Assembly: GCF_030684315.1 (NCBI RefSeq)
Contig: NC_081391.1
Location: forward strand, 21,164,629 to 21,228,628
From: Stegostoma tigrinum
Taxonomy: Eukaryota
Length of the DNA: 64,000 bases
Direction: 5' to 3'
Shown here: positions 39,823 through 54,012 of the stretch, piece after piece
Position numbering within the stretch: the first letter of the stretch is position 1
Layout: each line of letters begins with the position of its first letter
Notes under the pieces: generated by a model
Database searches by the model: none
Seen by the model: only the letters and a program-made list of their open reading frames with translations
Told to the model about the DNA's origin: nothing
Made by a program: the position numbers and the translations under genes

Positions 39823-42215
39823 ATGGTTTCCCAAGTGTGTCAGAACTACCACAAGGACTGTGAGGATGCTGTTAACAAGCAGATCAACCTGGAGCTCTAT
39901 TCCTCCTACGTTTACCTCTCCATGGTGAGCTTTGTGGAATTGAAGCCTGTGCTATGATAGTGTTGACCTGTTTGGTTTTTACGCTGGGTTAATGAATTAG
40001 CTGTAACATGTATTATTTTCTGTGGCCCTTCCCCTGTTGCAATCTAGTGCAGGCCTTAACACTGACTCTCTGTTCAAAACCTGACCATTGTCTTCATGTC
40101 CAACTGGCTCCTGGATGTGGACGCCCAGCTTGCTATCTCTGGACAATGTAACCCTTGGTGATTTTTCATCTAACTCTGGAGGGATGATGTGGTCTTTGTC
40201 AATAACTAAATTTTAAAATTGGTTGCATTCCTTTTCTCAACAAAAGCTTTCCCTGGTGGAAACTTTTCCTGACACAAATATACTCCTTTTTGTTTAAAAC
40301 CTTGCCCCATTCACCAGACTGTCTTGTGCTCAAGATGTAAAGTTCCCTGAACTAAAAGAACAGCAGCTGCTGGACACTAAACACCAACAGAAAAGCTCTA
40401 AACATCTGGTTGAAAACCAAGCTCTGGGTCCACTGACCCTTTCTCAAGTGGCTTTGAGCTATGCAATGTGAGGAAAGAGGCACACTTTCACACTATGTAT
40501 GTGATTTTTTTCTCTCTCTAACAAAGCAGTTAGAATTCTGTGGAGTGGATGGTAGGACACTGGGGTTATTCAGGTGGGTGATGGTGATAATGAGGCTGCT
40601 GACTGAGCTTTCTGGCTGTGTTCACGAACACATGTCCCTTCATTCAGTTGGACAGGGGCCTAACTGGTCTCCACCTCCTGAACAAGTGTTTCTAACCTGC
40701 AGAGCAGGGATGTCTAATGTCTATAGATAGCTCTCCACTTCATCAGGCACCATGCCACATGTACTGTCTCTCTTTCTCGCTCACACAGGCCAGGGATTGC
40801 ATTTGCTTTTTGTCCTTGATTTCCAGAAAGCTGGTGAAATATCTGCACAAAGGCTGCTTTAGTATCTGTTGTTTGGGTTATAATCCATGGAAGGTGACTT
40901 CCTGCTTTGCCTGTTTTTTTACCACTTAAATGTGGAATCAAGATGGTGCCCAGGTTATTTCCTGAGTGAGGAGTGTCATTCACGAATTTCAGACAGTTTC
41001 CTTTTAACCTCTCTCCCTCCCTCCCTCCCTCCACAGTTCTCTTACTTTGACCGGGATGATGTTGCCCTGCATCACTTTGCTGAGTTCTTCAAGGAGCAGT
41101 CCCATGAGGAACGGGAACACGCTGAGAAACTGATGGCATTCCAGAATAAACGTGGAGGTCGAGTCCTCCTGCAGGACATTAAGGTTGGATTCTGAAGCCT
41201 TCTGTTTGTGTAGCTCTTTGTGAGCAGCTACAATCGACTGGTATCTCCCTCTATTTAGCTTTAGCATTGAACAAATACTGTATGAAGGGGAGGTTGTTCT
41301 GCAAAATAGGCTTCCTTTAGGTGACAGGAAATAATCATCAATTGAGACTCACCAGAATAGTGAGTAGATATCAATGTGAATGACTCTCCTTTAGACAGAC
41401 TGAGGGAACAAAAGCTGAGACAGGAAATTGTTGCAGTGTGGAAAGTAGCAGTGTCCAGCCTTTCAGAATCTAGAAGATGTTTCTAACACCACAATCGTGA
41501 AGCCTATTCTCTGCATGTGAATTGAGAATCGACATGAACAGTAGAATGTGTTTAGAAAATTTCTTATTCCCTCAGTACAAAATCTAGTTGTCTTGAACAA
41601 ATTCAAGTTTGTTTGTAGTACCTCCTACAATGATGAGGGATAACTAACCGATGTAGACTAATGATACAACTGCCTGCTGAACTCTGCTTTCTGTTCCCAC
41701 TTCCCTCCCTCCAGAAGCCAGAGCAGGATGAGTGGGGCAATGGTCTGGAGGCAATGCAGAGAGCTCTGCAGATGGAGAAGGATGTGAACCAGAGTCTGCT
41801 GGATCTGCACAAACTGGCCTCTGGCCACATGGACCCTCATGTGAGTTTGTAAACTGTATTCTCTCTCTTCCTTGGAAGAAAGTGATGTGTTTGTGCACTC
41901 TCTCTTGGTTTAAAAATCCAATTACCTTCTCCCAGCCTCCTACCGGCTGGTAAAACCTTTCAAAGGCATCACCTAAGTGGACCTCCACATGGTGGTGATG
42001 GTCGCGTCTGTCATGGGAAGTCACTTTCAGACACCTTTTTGATCCTCTGGATTAATTTTGTCTTCCAGCTGTGTGACTTCCTGGAGAGGCACTACTTGGA
42101 TGAGCAAGTGAAGATGATCAAGAAGCTGGGAGATCACATCACCAACCTGAAGAGACTGGGAGCCCCTGACAATGGCATGGGAGAGTACCTGTTTGACAGG
42201 CTCACACACAGCTGA
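39823..42215 (+). CDS. Ferritin heavy/middle-subunit-like protein, type C' (copy 6), 173 aa, intact
   Basis: join(39823-39924,41037-41183,41715-41840,42069-42215). GT-AG introns; ends DRLTHS*. Confidence 0.95.
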
Positions 42216-44296
42216 GTGAGGTCAATAATGTGTCTGTTGTACATGGTGACATAATGCTAGTAACTTGGTTGTGCTCTGAGCAAATTAAAATAGTGTTCAC
42301 CATGGAACTGAGTACTTTGTATAATTTCACAGCTGCTTCTGGCTCTTGGTATTGCTGTTTGACACCTGATCATTAATTCCTTTTCTGTTCTGATTACCCT
42401 TTGATTCAATGCCTGCCCCAGTCGTCTGCTCCTTTTCTCTTGTTTGTAGGAATTAGGTGGGCAATCCTCGCAGTGGAAATTCCACAAGTGTTCAATTTGG
42501 GTTTTTGGCTAGTAAGCAGTGTTGTATTGACTTTTTTATTCCAAACCAGCTTCTAGTCAATATCTTCAGTGAAACCAGCCCCCTGTCTCAATGTTAGACA
42601 CTGCCCTTGGCAATGTTCAAGTCTCTTTTGTAAATAAGCAGGGGCAGGAAATAGCAGGTTTGGGGAGCATCTGTGGAGAGAACTGTTCTCAGTCCCAGGA
42701 CCCAAGATACAGTCACATCTCGTGACAGATGTTGCCAGACCTGTGAGGCTTTCCAGCAATTTTTTTGTCGCACTTCAAATCTAGCAATTTGAGCATACTT
42801 TCACTCTTTTGAACAGGAATATATAGTGGAACATCCAGCATCTAAGATGCACTGATCTTTAGCACTTTAGATAAGCAATTGTTTCCAGAGCTGGGAAATA
42901 GTTTACTCTCTTTTGCTGCAGTGGGGGAAGGAGTAAGGGCACTGCCTGATTGTAGGAGAATGGCAAAATTTGTTTTCTCGTGTATCAGTCTTTCTGCTTT
43001 TAGACAATGATCCTCATTATGTAATGCAGCAGTGCCCACCTTGGAGCCCCTGTGGTAGAACTTCTATCATTGCTCTGCAATGTAGAGATGCCAAAGGCTC
43101 AGGACACCTAGTAAAAATAAAGCTAGAATGCAAATGCCACTAGCACAAAGCAGCAGTTTGTGTGCTTAGCAAGGAAATAAGCTCTCCTGATGTATGCTGA
43201 CCGGCATGTACCTCCACCTGCAATGTGCTATGGCTGCCTAATTACTGGTGCTCAGGGGTGACAGTTTCCTTTATTTAAAGGATGAGGATGTCTCTGAGCT
43301 GACACCATTTATTTATCCATTGCTCATTGTCCCCAAGGCCAGGTCAGAGTCACACACGTGGCTGTGGTTGCAGCGTCATACGCAGGCCAGGTAAGGATGG
43401 GTTTTTGACACTGAATATAATGCTCCTCATCAGCTTCTTAATTCTAGAACTCCAGAGAGTTGTCGCACAGAATTAGGAGATCATTCCACCACTCCAGAAA
43501 CTTGATGGCCTCCAGCAGCCACTAGATGCATTCTTTGCACCACTGACACACACGGAGTACACTGTGTACCGCCTCCCAAAAGCTGGAGAAATCCACCAAA
43601 GCTCCTGAGAATACTTTCCAAAGCCCTAATTACTTGCCATGGGAGAAAGGCATCTGATACAGGGGAAAACCACCCCCTCTAAGTTCTCCATGAAGCTACC
43701 TGCCATCCTGAGTTGGAAACACAACACCCCATTCTCCAGTGTCGGTGGATCAGAATCCTGGAATTCCCTCACTAGGAACATTGTGGATCTGACTACAGCA
43801 ATTAAAGAAGGAAAGCCACCCCATTCTCTCATGGTGGGTGTGATCTCCGAGCGGGTCAAATACCTCTGGCTGGGCCGCCTTTTGTGAAATTGTCAAGTTC
43901 TAGCTCAACTCCATCTCGAGTGCATGGTTCTAGTAGGTTCAATCCAAAGATGCTTATGCACAGAATTTCTGGAATGAACCTGGGCAGAAAGTTAATTGGC
44001 TACGATGATAATCGTTTTCCCAAGTCCCTCGATGTAGAAGTGGACGGGATGTCTGTGCTTGAAATTTACAAGTGGATTCATGGATTTGACAGGGTAGATA
44101 GAGAGATCCTGCTTCTTTTCAATTCACATCCAGGACTGAGAGGGGGGAATATGATTACATTCCTAGCAGTAGAAGTAAATCATCCATGATAAAGCAAAAA
44201 ACAGCTGCTTTTTAGAAAGGATAATATGTGAATGAGCAGTTAGATATTTATTCGGTAAGATGTTGATGTTGCCAATCACTTTCCCATTGGAACATA

Positions 44297-45472
44297 TGAC
44301 CAAACAGGTAGATGAGAGTAAACCGGTTGATGTGGTGTATATGCATTTCGGCAAGGCGTTCGATTAGGCTCCCCACAGTAGGCTATTGTACAAAATGCGG
44401 AGGAATGGGATTGTGGGAGATATAGCAGTTTGGATCAGAAATTGGCTTGCTGAAAGAAGACAGGGTGGTGGTTGATGGGAAATGTTCATCCTGGAGACCG
44501 GTTACTCGCGGTGTACCGCAAGGGTCCGTGTTGGGTCCACTGCTGTTTGTCATTTTTATAAACGTAGAAGGATGGGTTAGTAAATTTGCAGATGACACTA
44601 AGGTCGGTGGAGATGTGGGTAGTGACGAAGAATGTTGTAGGTTACAGAGAGACGTGGATAAGTTGCAGAGCTGGGCTGAGAGGTGGCAAATGGAGGTTAA
44701 TGCCGACAAGTGTGAGGTGATGCACTTTGGTAGGAGGAACCGGAAGGCAAAGTACTGTAAGATTCTTGGTAGTGTAGATGAGCAGCGAGATCTCGGTGAC
44801 CATGTACACAGATCCTTGAAAGTTGCCACCCAGGTTGACAGGGTTGTTAAGAAGGCATACAGTGTTTTAGCTTTTATGAATACAGGGATCGTGTTCCGGA
44901 ACCAAGAGGTTATGCTGCAGCTGTACAAAACTCTTGTGCGGCCGCACTTGTAGCATTGCGTACAGTTCTGGTCAGCGCATTATAAGAAGGATGTGGAAGT
45001 TTTGGAAAGGGTGCAGAGGAGGTTTACTGGGATGTTGCCTGGTATGGAGGGAAAGTCTTACGAGCAAAGGCTGAGGGACTTGAGGCTGTTTTCGTTAGAG
45101 AAAAGAAGGTTGAGAGGTGACTTAATTGAGACATCTAAGATAATCAAACGGTTAGACAGGTTGGATAGGGAGAGCCTTTTTCCCAAGACGGAGACAGCGA
45201 GCACGAGGGGCATAGCTTTAAATTGAGGGGTGAAAGATATACGACAGATGTCAGAGGTAGTTTCTTTACTCAGAGAATAGCAAGGGTGTGGAACGTTTTG
45301 CCTGCAACGGTAGGAGATTCACCAACGTTAAGTACGTTTAAGTTGTCATTGGACAAGCATATGGACGTACATGGAATAGTGTAGGTTAGATGAGCTTCAG
45401 ATCGGTATGACAGGTCGGCACAACGTCAAGGGCCGAAGGGCCTGTACTGTGCTGTCATGTTCTCTGTTCTAT
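44297..45472 (+). mobile_element. CR1-a copy, diverged paralog upstream of type D
   Basis: ORFs 44447-44953 and 44993-45226. Same insertion site and AACATA TSD (44291-44296, 45473-45478). Confidence 0.92.
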
Positions 45473-45514
45473 AACATAAAAGATGAATGCATTTAAGATT
45501 ATCTTCATTAGAAG

Positions 45515-46022
45515 GGTGATGGGGTCGGGGGGGAACCTGACTGAGGTCAACAAAATCATGAGAACTATAGACAAGGTGAATAGCAAGAAGCTTTTTCCCA
45601 GAGTCGGGGATTCAATGACTCGGAGTCATGAGTTCAAAATAAGAGCAAAGTTTAGAGGGGATTTGGTTAGATTGCCTACAGTGTGGAAACAGGCCCTTTA
45701 AGCCAAAAATGTCCACACTGGCCCTTGAAGCATCCCACCAAAACCCCCCACACTTCTGAACGCTACGGGCAATTTATCATGTGGATGTGTGGCAAGCTCT
45801 TTACGCAGAGGTTGGAGGGTGCCTGGCACACTTTGCCTGTGGAGGTGGTAGACGAAGTCACGCAAGTGTCTTTTTAAGATGTATCAGGACAGGTACATGG
45901 ATGGGCAGGGAGCAAAGGGATACTGACCCTAGAAAAGAGATGACAGACTTACACAGGATCTCGATCGGTGCAGGCTTGGAGGGCCGAAGGGCCTGTTCCT
46001 GTGCTGTGATTTTCTTTGTTCT
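45515..46022 (+). mobile_element. Short CR1 3' fragment abutting intron 1 of copy 7
   Basis: Encodes GNLTEVNKIMRTIDKVNSKKLFPRVG...HEFKIR and KLFTQRLEGAWHTLP; ends gggccgaagggcctgttcctgtgctgt. Confidence 0.8.
45662..45781 (-). mobile_element. Antisense SINE 3' fragment nested in the CR1 fragment
   Basis: agattgcctacagtgtggaaacaggccctt...gggcaatttatcatg interrupts the CR1 frame and resembles the reverse 3' end of elasmobranch HE1-type SINEs (from memory). Confidence 0.55.
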
Positions 46023-46124
46023 TAAATGTAGAATCAAGATAGTGACCAGGTTAGTTTCTGATTGAGGAGTGCCATTGATTAACATCAGATATGTTTCCCT
46101 TTCCTGCCTTTCTCTTCCCCACGG

Positions 46125-47332
46125 TTCTCTTACTTTGACCGGGATGATGTTGCCCTGCGTCACTTTGCTGAGTTCTTCAAGGAGCAGTCCCATGAGGAGC
46201 GGGAACACACTGAGAACCTGATGGCTTTCCAGAATAAACGTGGGGGCCGAATCCTCCTGCAGGACATCAAGGTTAGATTCTGAAGCCTTCTGTTTGCAGC
46301 TTTTCGTGAAATACCACTCAATTGTGGCTCGCTCAATCTGTTTAGCTTCAGGACTGAGCAAATACTGTATGAATGGGGGGGTTGCTCACCACAATACGAT
46401 TCCCTTCACTAAAAGGAAACACTTTTGCACGTGATTGAACAATAGTTGGCAATTGTGATAATCCAGTATTCTGGATGGTGAGCACATATCGGTGTCTAAC
46501 GCTGCTTTGGACAACATGAGGTGTCAAAAGGGAAAACAGAAATCTTTCAGGTGCGGAAAGCATCAGTATGAAGCCTTTATACATCTCAAGATGTTTCTGA
46601 TGCCTTGATATCACTCTGATCACAGCATAGCAGGATCTGTTTAGAAATGTCCCCTTCAAGAACAGTACCAAATACAGCAGGTGTTTCACCAAGGTCAAGT
46701 TGGCCTGTAGTACCTCCCCTACAATGATGCGGGATAACTAACTGATCAGATGTAGACTAATGATACAACTGCCTGCTGAGCTGTGCTTTCTGTTCCTGCT
46801 TCCCTCCCTCCAGAAGCCAGAGCAGGATGAGTGGGGCAATGGTCTGGAGGCAATGCAGAGAGCTCTGCAGATGGAGAAGGTTGTGAACCAGAGTCTGCTG
46901 GATCTGCACAAACTGGCCTCTGGCAACACAGACCCTCATGTGAGTGTGGTGTATTTAAATCTGGGTTTCTGAATAAAAACAGTGATCAGACACTTGGTCC
47001 TTTTTGTTAGCCACAAGATCTCATTTGACATTGTGGAGGGTTTTCTTGGGTTATACCAACATCCTCCTGTTTCTAAAACTGAGCACTTTCGAAAGTATTT
47101 GGCAATCTCCATGACATCACTTCACTGCTCGGTCTCCCAAGCTGCATTTGGTCAGATTTAACCAGTTCCCCTCTTTGTCTTCCAGCTGTGTGACTTCCTG
47201 GAGAGGCACTACCTGGATGAGCAAATGAAGATGATCAAGAAGCTGGGAGATCACATCACCAACCTGAAGAGACTGGGAGCCCCTGACAATGGCATGGGAG
47301 AGTACCTGTTTGACAGGCTCACACTCAGCTGA
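46125..47332 (+). pseudogene. 5'-truncated ferritin pseudogene, type D (copy 7; exons 2-4 only)
   Basis: Exon 2 46125-46271 (acceptor AG>GG at 46123-46124), exon 3 46814-46939, exon 4 47186-47332. Only ~100 bp of intron 1 remains (from ~46021), preceded by LINE sequence. There is no promoter or exon 1. Confidence 0.9.
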
Positions 47333-50300
47333 ATGGGGTCAATATCTATATCTGTTGTACAAGGTGACCTCATTCTACTAAATGACTAGTTGTGCTCTGA
47401 GCAAATTAAAATAGTGTTCACCATGGAACTGAGCACAGTGTGTAATTTTCATAGCTTCTGGTTCTTGGAGCTTTTTGTGTTTTAATGTCTGATCATCAAT
47501 CCTTTGTTCTTTGTGACAAGCTTTTGACTCAATGCCTGCCCCAGTAACTTGATCAGTGTTTGATTCTGCTGTGTCTGGGGATTGAGTGGGCAATCCTTTA
47601 ATTGGAAATTCCATAACTGGTAAGGTTGTTGACAGATAAATCAGCATTACTGACATGTACTCACAGGGACAAGTTTGCAGGACCAGCTTCTAATCAATAC
47701 ACTGACTGAAATCATTCCTTTGCCTAAAGGGTAGGCACTGATCTAATGCACTGCCCTTGGCCATGTGTTTGCATCTCTTTTAAATAAGGAGATTCTGGAA
47801 ACCAGGAACACAACCTGCTGGGAAATCTCAGGTTGGGCAGCATTGGTAGGGAGAAGGGTTGAACAGAACCTGGACATGAGACACTCAATCATCTCTTGAT
47901 TGACTTTGTTGCCTGACAGTGAGGTGTTTTCCAGCAATTTGTTCTCATGCCTAGATGTTAGTGATTTTAGTAGTTTGTAAAATTCCTCCTTACAAGACTA
48001 AGATACAATGCTTTTCCACAGTCTCTTTTTTTCTTTGACATAAGCAATTGCTCATGTCATTGTTCCCAGAGCTAGGGAATTAGTTTCTTCAGTATTTCCT
48101 TTATACATGTAGGAGAAGGAAAAATCTACCTTCTCTTAGAATGCTAACGTCTAGGAACGGCCATGCGAATGAAGCGGTGCCCACCTCGTTCCCTGTGTGA
48201 TAATTTCTATTATTACCCTGCAACGAAGAGGTGACAAATACTGAGGATGCCTGGTGGAAAATCAAGCTAAAATACAAATACCATGTGCAGAATCGGCAGT
48301 TCCAATTTTTACGTTTATTAATCTTCAGCAGGAGAGCTGATCTGGCTGACCTGTGACTCCAAACAGTGCACTGTGGGGGCCTAATCACGATCAATCAGCC
48401 CTGAATTACAATGTGACTGGTTTGTGTAAGTGCTTTAACAGGATCAGGATATCACTGACGGGCAGCATTTATTATCCATCTCTGATTACCCACCCAGCCC
48501 ATGAGTAATTCAAATTAAACCCCTTTGCTCTGCCTGTGGCGTTACGCAAAGGCCCGATCAGGTAAGGATGGCAGTTTCTTACGAACAAGGACATTAGTGA
48601 ACCAGAAGAGGCTTGTTTGGACCATCTCTTCGGGAAAGAGAATGATGTGCATGAAATTCTGTCAAGTCAGACAGTATCAGGATTACAGGTGGCAGTCTAA
48701 CACTCCAGAATGTTGACAGCCTCCAGCAAACGAGCAGCCACTTTCGTCTATCCTTCCACCACTGACATACGCAGAGACTGCAATATATACCATCTACCAA
48801 ATGCTGTAGGAATCCACCAAAGCTCCTCAGCCAACTTCTTAAAACCGTAACTACTTTCCATCGGACAAGGGCAGATGATATGTGGGAACACCACGTTCTA
48901 CACCAAACCACCGATCAGCTGGTGTTGGAAACATCGCTCCCAGGTTCCCTCCCGAACAGCAGTATGGGTTTGATTACACCAAATGGGCAACAGTAATGCA
49001 AGAAGGCAAGGCACCACATTCTCTAAACTAATGTTGGCCCTGATCTCTGAGGGGTTCAAATACCTCTGGATGAAGAGGTTTTGGTGAAATGGTCAAGTTC
49101 CTGTTCAACCACAGCCGGAGTGCACAGTTCTGGCAGGTTCGACCCAAAGATGGTTATGCACAGAATTTCTGGAAGTAACCTGGACAGAGAGATGGTTAAT
49201 TCATGATAATGGCTTGTCTAGTCCCTCTGTGTAGGAAGTTAAGGGATGGCTGTAATTGATAATTTTCAGAGGATTAATGGATTTGACAGGGTAGAGAGGA
49301 AAGAACCCATTTCTTCTCAATGATCATCTCGGACTGTGCGCAGAATGGGATGACAATCTTCACATTAGAATTACATCATCCAGGATAATATCAAAAACAA
49401 TTTCTTTGTGGAAAGGACAATATCTGCACACACAGATATTTACTGCACAAGGTTTGATGTTGCCAATCACTTTCCAATTTCAACAAAAAAAAGTGAGTAA
49501 TGCATTTTTGTCGAAGAAACACAAAGTCAAAACAGGCTCGATGTTACAAATCTGATGTGAGTACAGGAGCTCAGCGACTTTCAGTTTCAAGTATGTGATT
49601 ATCTGAAAGTGGTCAGGCAGGATGAAGCTGTTATTAATGGAGATTGAGCCACTTTTGTGAACCTTGTGTTTTCAAATTGAGGCATCGAGTATAAAAGCAA
49701 CGAATTGATGTTACACCTCTACAAATCATTGGTTAGACCACATTTCCATTATGTACTCAGTTCTGGGCGTGACATTCAAGGAAGGATGTGAAAAACCTCA
49801 AAAGTGTTCAAAGGTGATTTATTACGATGACCCCAGGAATGGGGAATTTTAGATACACGGAAAGATTAAGGAAAATGGGGGAAATCTCCTTGTAGGTGAC
49901 CTTATTGACGTGATCAAAACTATGATCAATTTTGTCAGAGTAAAGCAGGATATTCTGATTTCAGCAGTTGACTTGTCAGTGACGAGGGGTCACAGTTTGT
50001 CAGTAGGGGAGATCAGAGTGAAATGGTTAGAAAACTCTTTGCTCAGAAAGTTGTTCGGATTTGGAATGTGCTGCCTGGGAGAGTGACGGAGGTCGATTCC
50101 ATGGTTGGTTTCAGAACAAGAGTTGGATATGTCCTTGGAAGTGACGAATTTAGAGAGTGACAGAGATAGGGCTGGAAAGTGAGACTAATCAGGTAGCTCT
50201 TTCAGAAGCTATTACAGGAACGGTGGGCTGAACGGCCTCCTGTTGTGAAAAACGCTCTGAATTTCCACTCAGGAAATTCTGAGAGTTTGGGGACGGGGTT

Positions 50301-51560
50301 TGAATTCCACCTGTAGAAGGCACCTTTAATGTGGGAAAGCTGTTACACGCCAGCAGAGACATGGTCCTTTACACAAGGTAGACCCAGTTCCACTGGCAAA
50401 GAAATGTTGACTGGGGATCCCCCCACTGCTGACCAACACTCACTGTCACAGCCAACGATCGCACACACCTATCTTCCACCTGGATGGCCGCTGGGGACTG
50501 GTTTTGCATTGCACTTTATCAGGACCCTCCCCTCGATCGTACCATCCTGGGTGGCGCTGCCAGGAGGTGAAATCTTCTTCAGGTATCACTCTGAGAACCA
50601 ACAGAACACTTGAGGCTCTCCATCACTGCGAGGTGACAATCCACAGGCAGGAGCTGGAGGCAGGGAGATTCTGCTCAGGTACAGACCCACCACAGAATCG
50701 GAGAATTGTTATGGCACAGCAGGAGGCCATTCGGTCCTTTGTGCCTGTACCTGTTCTGGTTGTTTTCTAAATCTGCCTGTAGAGATGATTTAAGATCTCT
50801 GGATCTGGTAGGAACTTGTACCAAGGCCTCCTGGTCCACAGCTAGGGACATGACCCCTTAACCACAAGACCCTGGCTGCGCTAGTTGCACAAACGTGGAA
50901 TCATAGAAAATAAATGTTGAGTCGGCCATTCATCCCTTCCAGCCTGCTCTGCCATTCCATGTGATTGTGGCTGATTCCATAACTCAGCACCATATTCTCA
51001 CCCTCTCTGCATTCCCTTTTGATCCAGCCCTCAAAGCTCTCCCCAATTCCTGTTTTGGCTTCAATCCTTTTCTGTGGCAGAGAATTCCACAGGATCCACC
51101 ACCCCGCCCCCCGAGGTGAAGAGATTTCTCCTCACCTCAGTTCTAAATGTATCCTTAGACTGCAAACCCTGGTCCTGAACTCCCCCATAATCAGGAACAT
51201 CCTTCCTGTCTTTTCCACAGCTGACACTGTTACAATTTTCTATGACCCAGAGACAATTTCCCAACTTTCTTTCCCAAATCCCAGCATAACAAGCTGAGAA
51301 ACTGATGCCCCTCTTCCTCATTGAATCCCTCATGCAGTTGCTCACAACCACCTTAATTAAAAAAAATGTGAAAACTTTTCTCAAACCAAATTGACTTATT
51401 TTAAAAAAGAACCAAATAACACACGACCTGAGTGAGTGGTGCAGAAGGTTTGAGATGCCGAATGGCCTCCTGCTGTTCCAATCACAGAATAACCATCCAG
51501 ACCTGGCTCTCATCTCCACCTCTGATCAGCTCTGCTTAACACACCCTCCCCCTCTCTCTC

Positions 51561-51670
51561 ATTGGTGCCTGTATGCAGGGGTGGTTCCTGATTGGCCAGC
51601 AGCAACTGTCAGTCATCATCAGTTCTGCCTCTCTCTGTGTGACTGCAGCATGGTCCCAGGACTATAAATA
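51561..51670 (+). promoter_or_regulatory. Core promoter of copy 8: two inverted CCAAT boxes plus TATA
   Basis: ATTGG at 51561 and 51591; TATAAATA at 51663-51670. Confidence 0.75.
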
Positions 51671-51739
51671 CAAGAGCCTGTGGGAGAGAGAGACTTAGTT
51701 CTAGAGTTTTCTTGGTGCTTGTGAGCAGGAATAGTGAAG

Positions 51740-54012
51740 ATGGTTTCCCAAGTGTGTCAGAACTACCACAAGGACTGTGAGGATGCTGTTAACAAGCAGA
51801 TCAACCTGGAGCTCTATTCCTCCTATGTTTACCTCTCCCTGGTGAGCTTTGTGGAATTGAAGCCTGTGCTATGATAGTGTTGACCTGTTTGGTTTTTATG
51901 CTGAGTTAATGAATTAGCTGTATCATGTATTATTTTCTGTGGCCCTTCCCCTGTTGCAATCTAGTGCAGGTCTTATCACTGACTCTCTGTTCAAAACTTG
52001 ACCACTGTCTTCATGTCCAACTGGCTCCTGGATGTGGATGCCCAGCTTGCTGTCTCTGGACAATGTAACCCTTGGTGATTTTTTTCATCTAACTCTGGAG
52101 GGATGATCTGGTCTTGGTCAATAATTAATTTTTGTAAAACTTTGGTTGTATTCCTTTTCTCAACAAAAGCTTTTCCTGACACAAATATACTCCTTTTTTA
52201 AAACCTTGCCCTATTCACCGGACTGTCTTGTGCTCAAGATGTCAAGTTCCCTGAACTAAAAGAACAGCTGCTGCTAGACATTAAACACTAACAAAAATAG
52301 CTAGAAAAGCTCTACAGAGCTGGAAGAAATCCAAGCTCTGGGTCCATTGACCCTTTCTCAGAAGTGGCTTTGAGCTATGCAATGTGAGGAAAGGGGCACA
52401 TTTTCAGACTATGTATGTGTTTTTTTTTCTTTCTCTCTAACAAAGCAGTTAAAATTCTGTGGAGTGGGTGGTAGGACACTGCGGTTATTCAGGTGGGTGA
52501 TAGTGATAATGAGACTGCTGACTGAGCTTTCTGGTTGTGTTAATGAACACATGTCCCTTCATTCAGTTGGACAGGGGCCGAACTGGTCTCCACCTCCTGA
52601 ACAATAGTGTTTCTAACCTGCAGAGCAGGGATGTCTAATGGCTCTAGACAGCTCTCCCCTTCATCATCCATGGAAGGTGACTTCCTGCTTTGTCTGTTTT
52701 TTTAACCACTTAAATGTGGAATCCAGATGGTGCCCAGGTTAGTTCCAGAGTGAGGAGTGTCATTCATGAATTTCAGACAGTTTCCTTTTAGCCTCTCTCT
52801 TCCCACAGTTCTCTTACTTTGACCGGGATGATGTTGCCCTGCATCACTTTGCTGAGTTCTTCAAGGAGCAGTCCCATGAGGAACGGGAACACGCTGAGAA
52901 ACTGATGGCATTCCAGAATAAACGTGGAGGTCGAGTCATCCTGCAGGACATCAAGGTTAGATTCTGAAGCCTTCTGTTTGCAGCTTTTTGTGAGCAGCTA
53001 CAATCGACTGGTATCTCCATCTATTTAGCTTTAGCCTTGAACAAATACTGTGTGAAGGGGAGGGTGTTCACCAAAATAGGATTCCTTTAGGTTGAAAGGA
53101 AATACTCTGCACTTATGAGGGCAATTGAGAGGAACCAGAATAGTGAGTAGATATCAATGTGAATGACTCTCCTTCAGACAGAATGAGGTAACAAAAGCTA
53201 AGACAGGAAATTGTTGCACTGTGGAAAGTAGCAGTGTCCAGCCTTTCTGAATCTGGAAGATGTTTCTAACACCACAATAGTGAAGCCAGGAACTACTTCC
53301 ATTGGTACCTATTCTCTGCATGTGAATTCTGAGAATCTACATTAACAGTAGAATGTGTTTAGAAAATTTGTTATTCCCTCAGTACAAAATCTAGTTGTCT
53401 TCAAATTAAAGTTGGTTTGCAGTACCTCCCCTACAATGATGAGGGATAACTAACTGATCAGATGTAGACTAATGATACAACTGCCTGCTGAACTGTGCTT
53501 TCTGTTCCTGCTTCCCTCCCTCCAGAAGCCAGAGCAGGATGAGTGGGGCAGTGGTCTGGAGGCAATGCAGAGAGCTCTGCAGATGGAGAAGGATGTGAAC
53601 CAGAGTCTGCTGGATCTGCACAAACTCGCCTCTGGCCACACTGACCCTCATGTGAGTTTGTAAACTTTCTTCTTGGAAGAAAGTGGTGTGTTTGTGCACT
53701 CTCTGGGTAAAAATCCAATTACCTTCTCCCAGCCTCCTGCAGGCTGTTAAAACAAACTTACAAATGCATCACCTCAGTGGACCTCCACCTGGTTGTGATG
53801 GTCACATCTGTCATGGGGGTCACTTTCAGACACTTTTGATCCTCTGGATTAATTTTCTCTTCCAGCTGTGTGACTTCCTGGAGAGGCAATACTTGGATGA
53901 GCAAGTGAAGATGATCAAGAAGCTGGGAGATCACATCACCAACCTGAAGAGACTGGGAGCCCCTGACAATGGCATGGGAGAGTACCTGTTTGACAGGCTC
54001 ACACTCGGCTGA
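51740..54012 (+). CDS. Ferritin heavy/middle-subunit-like protein, type C (copy 8), 173 aa, intact
   Basis: join(51740-51841,52809-52955,53526-53651,53866-54012). Near-identical to copy 3, with M34L and a DRLTLG* ending. Confidence 0.95.
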
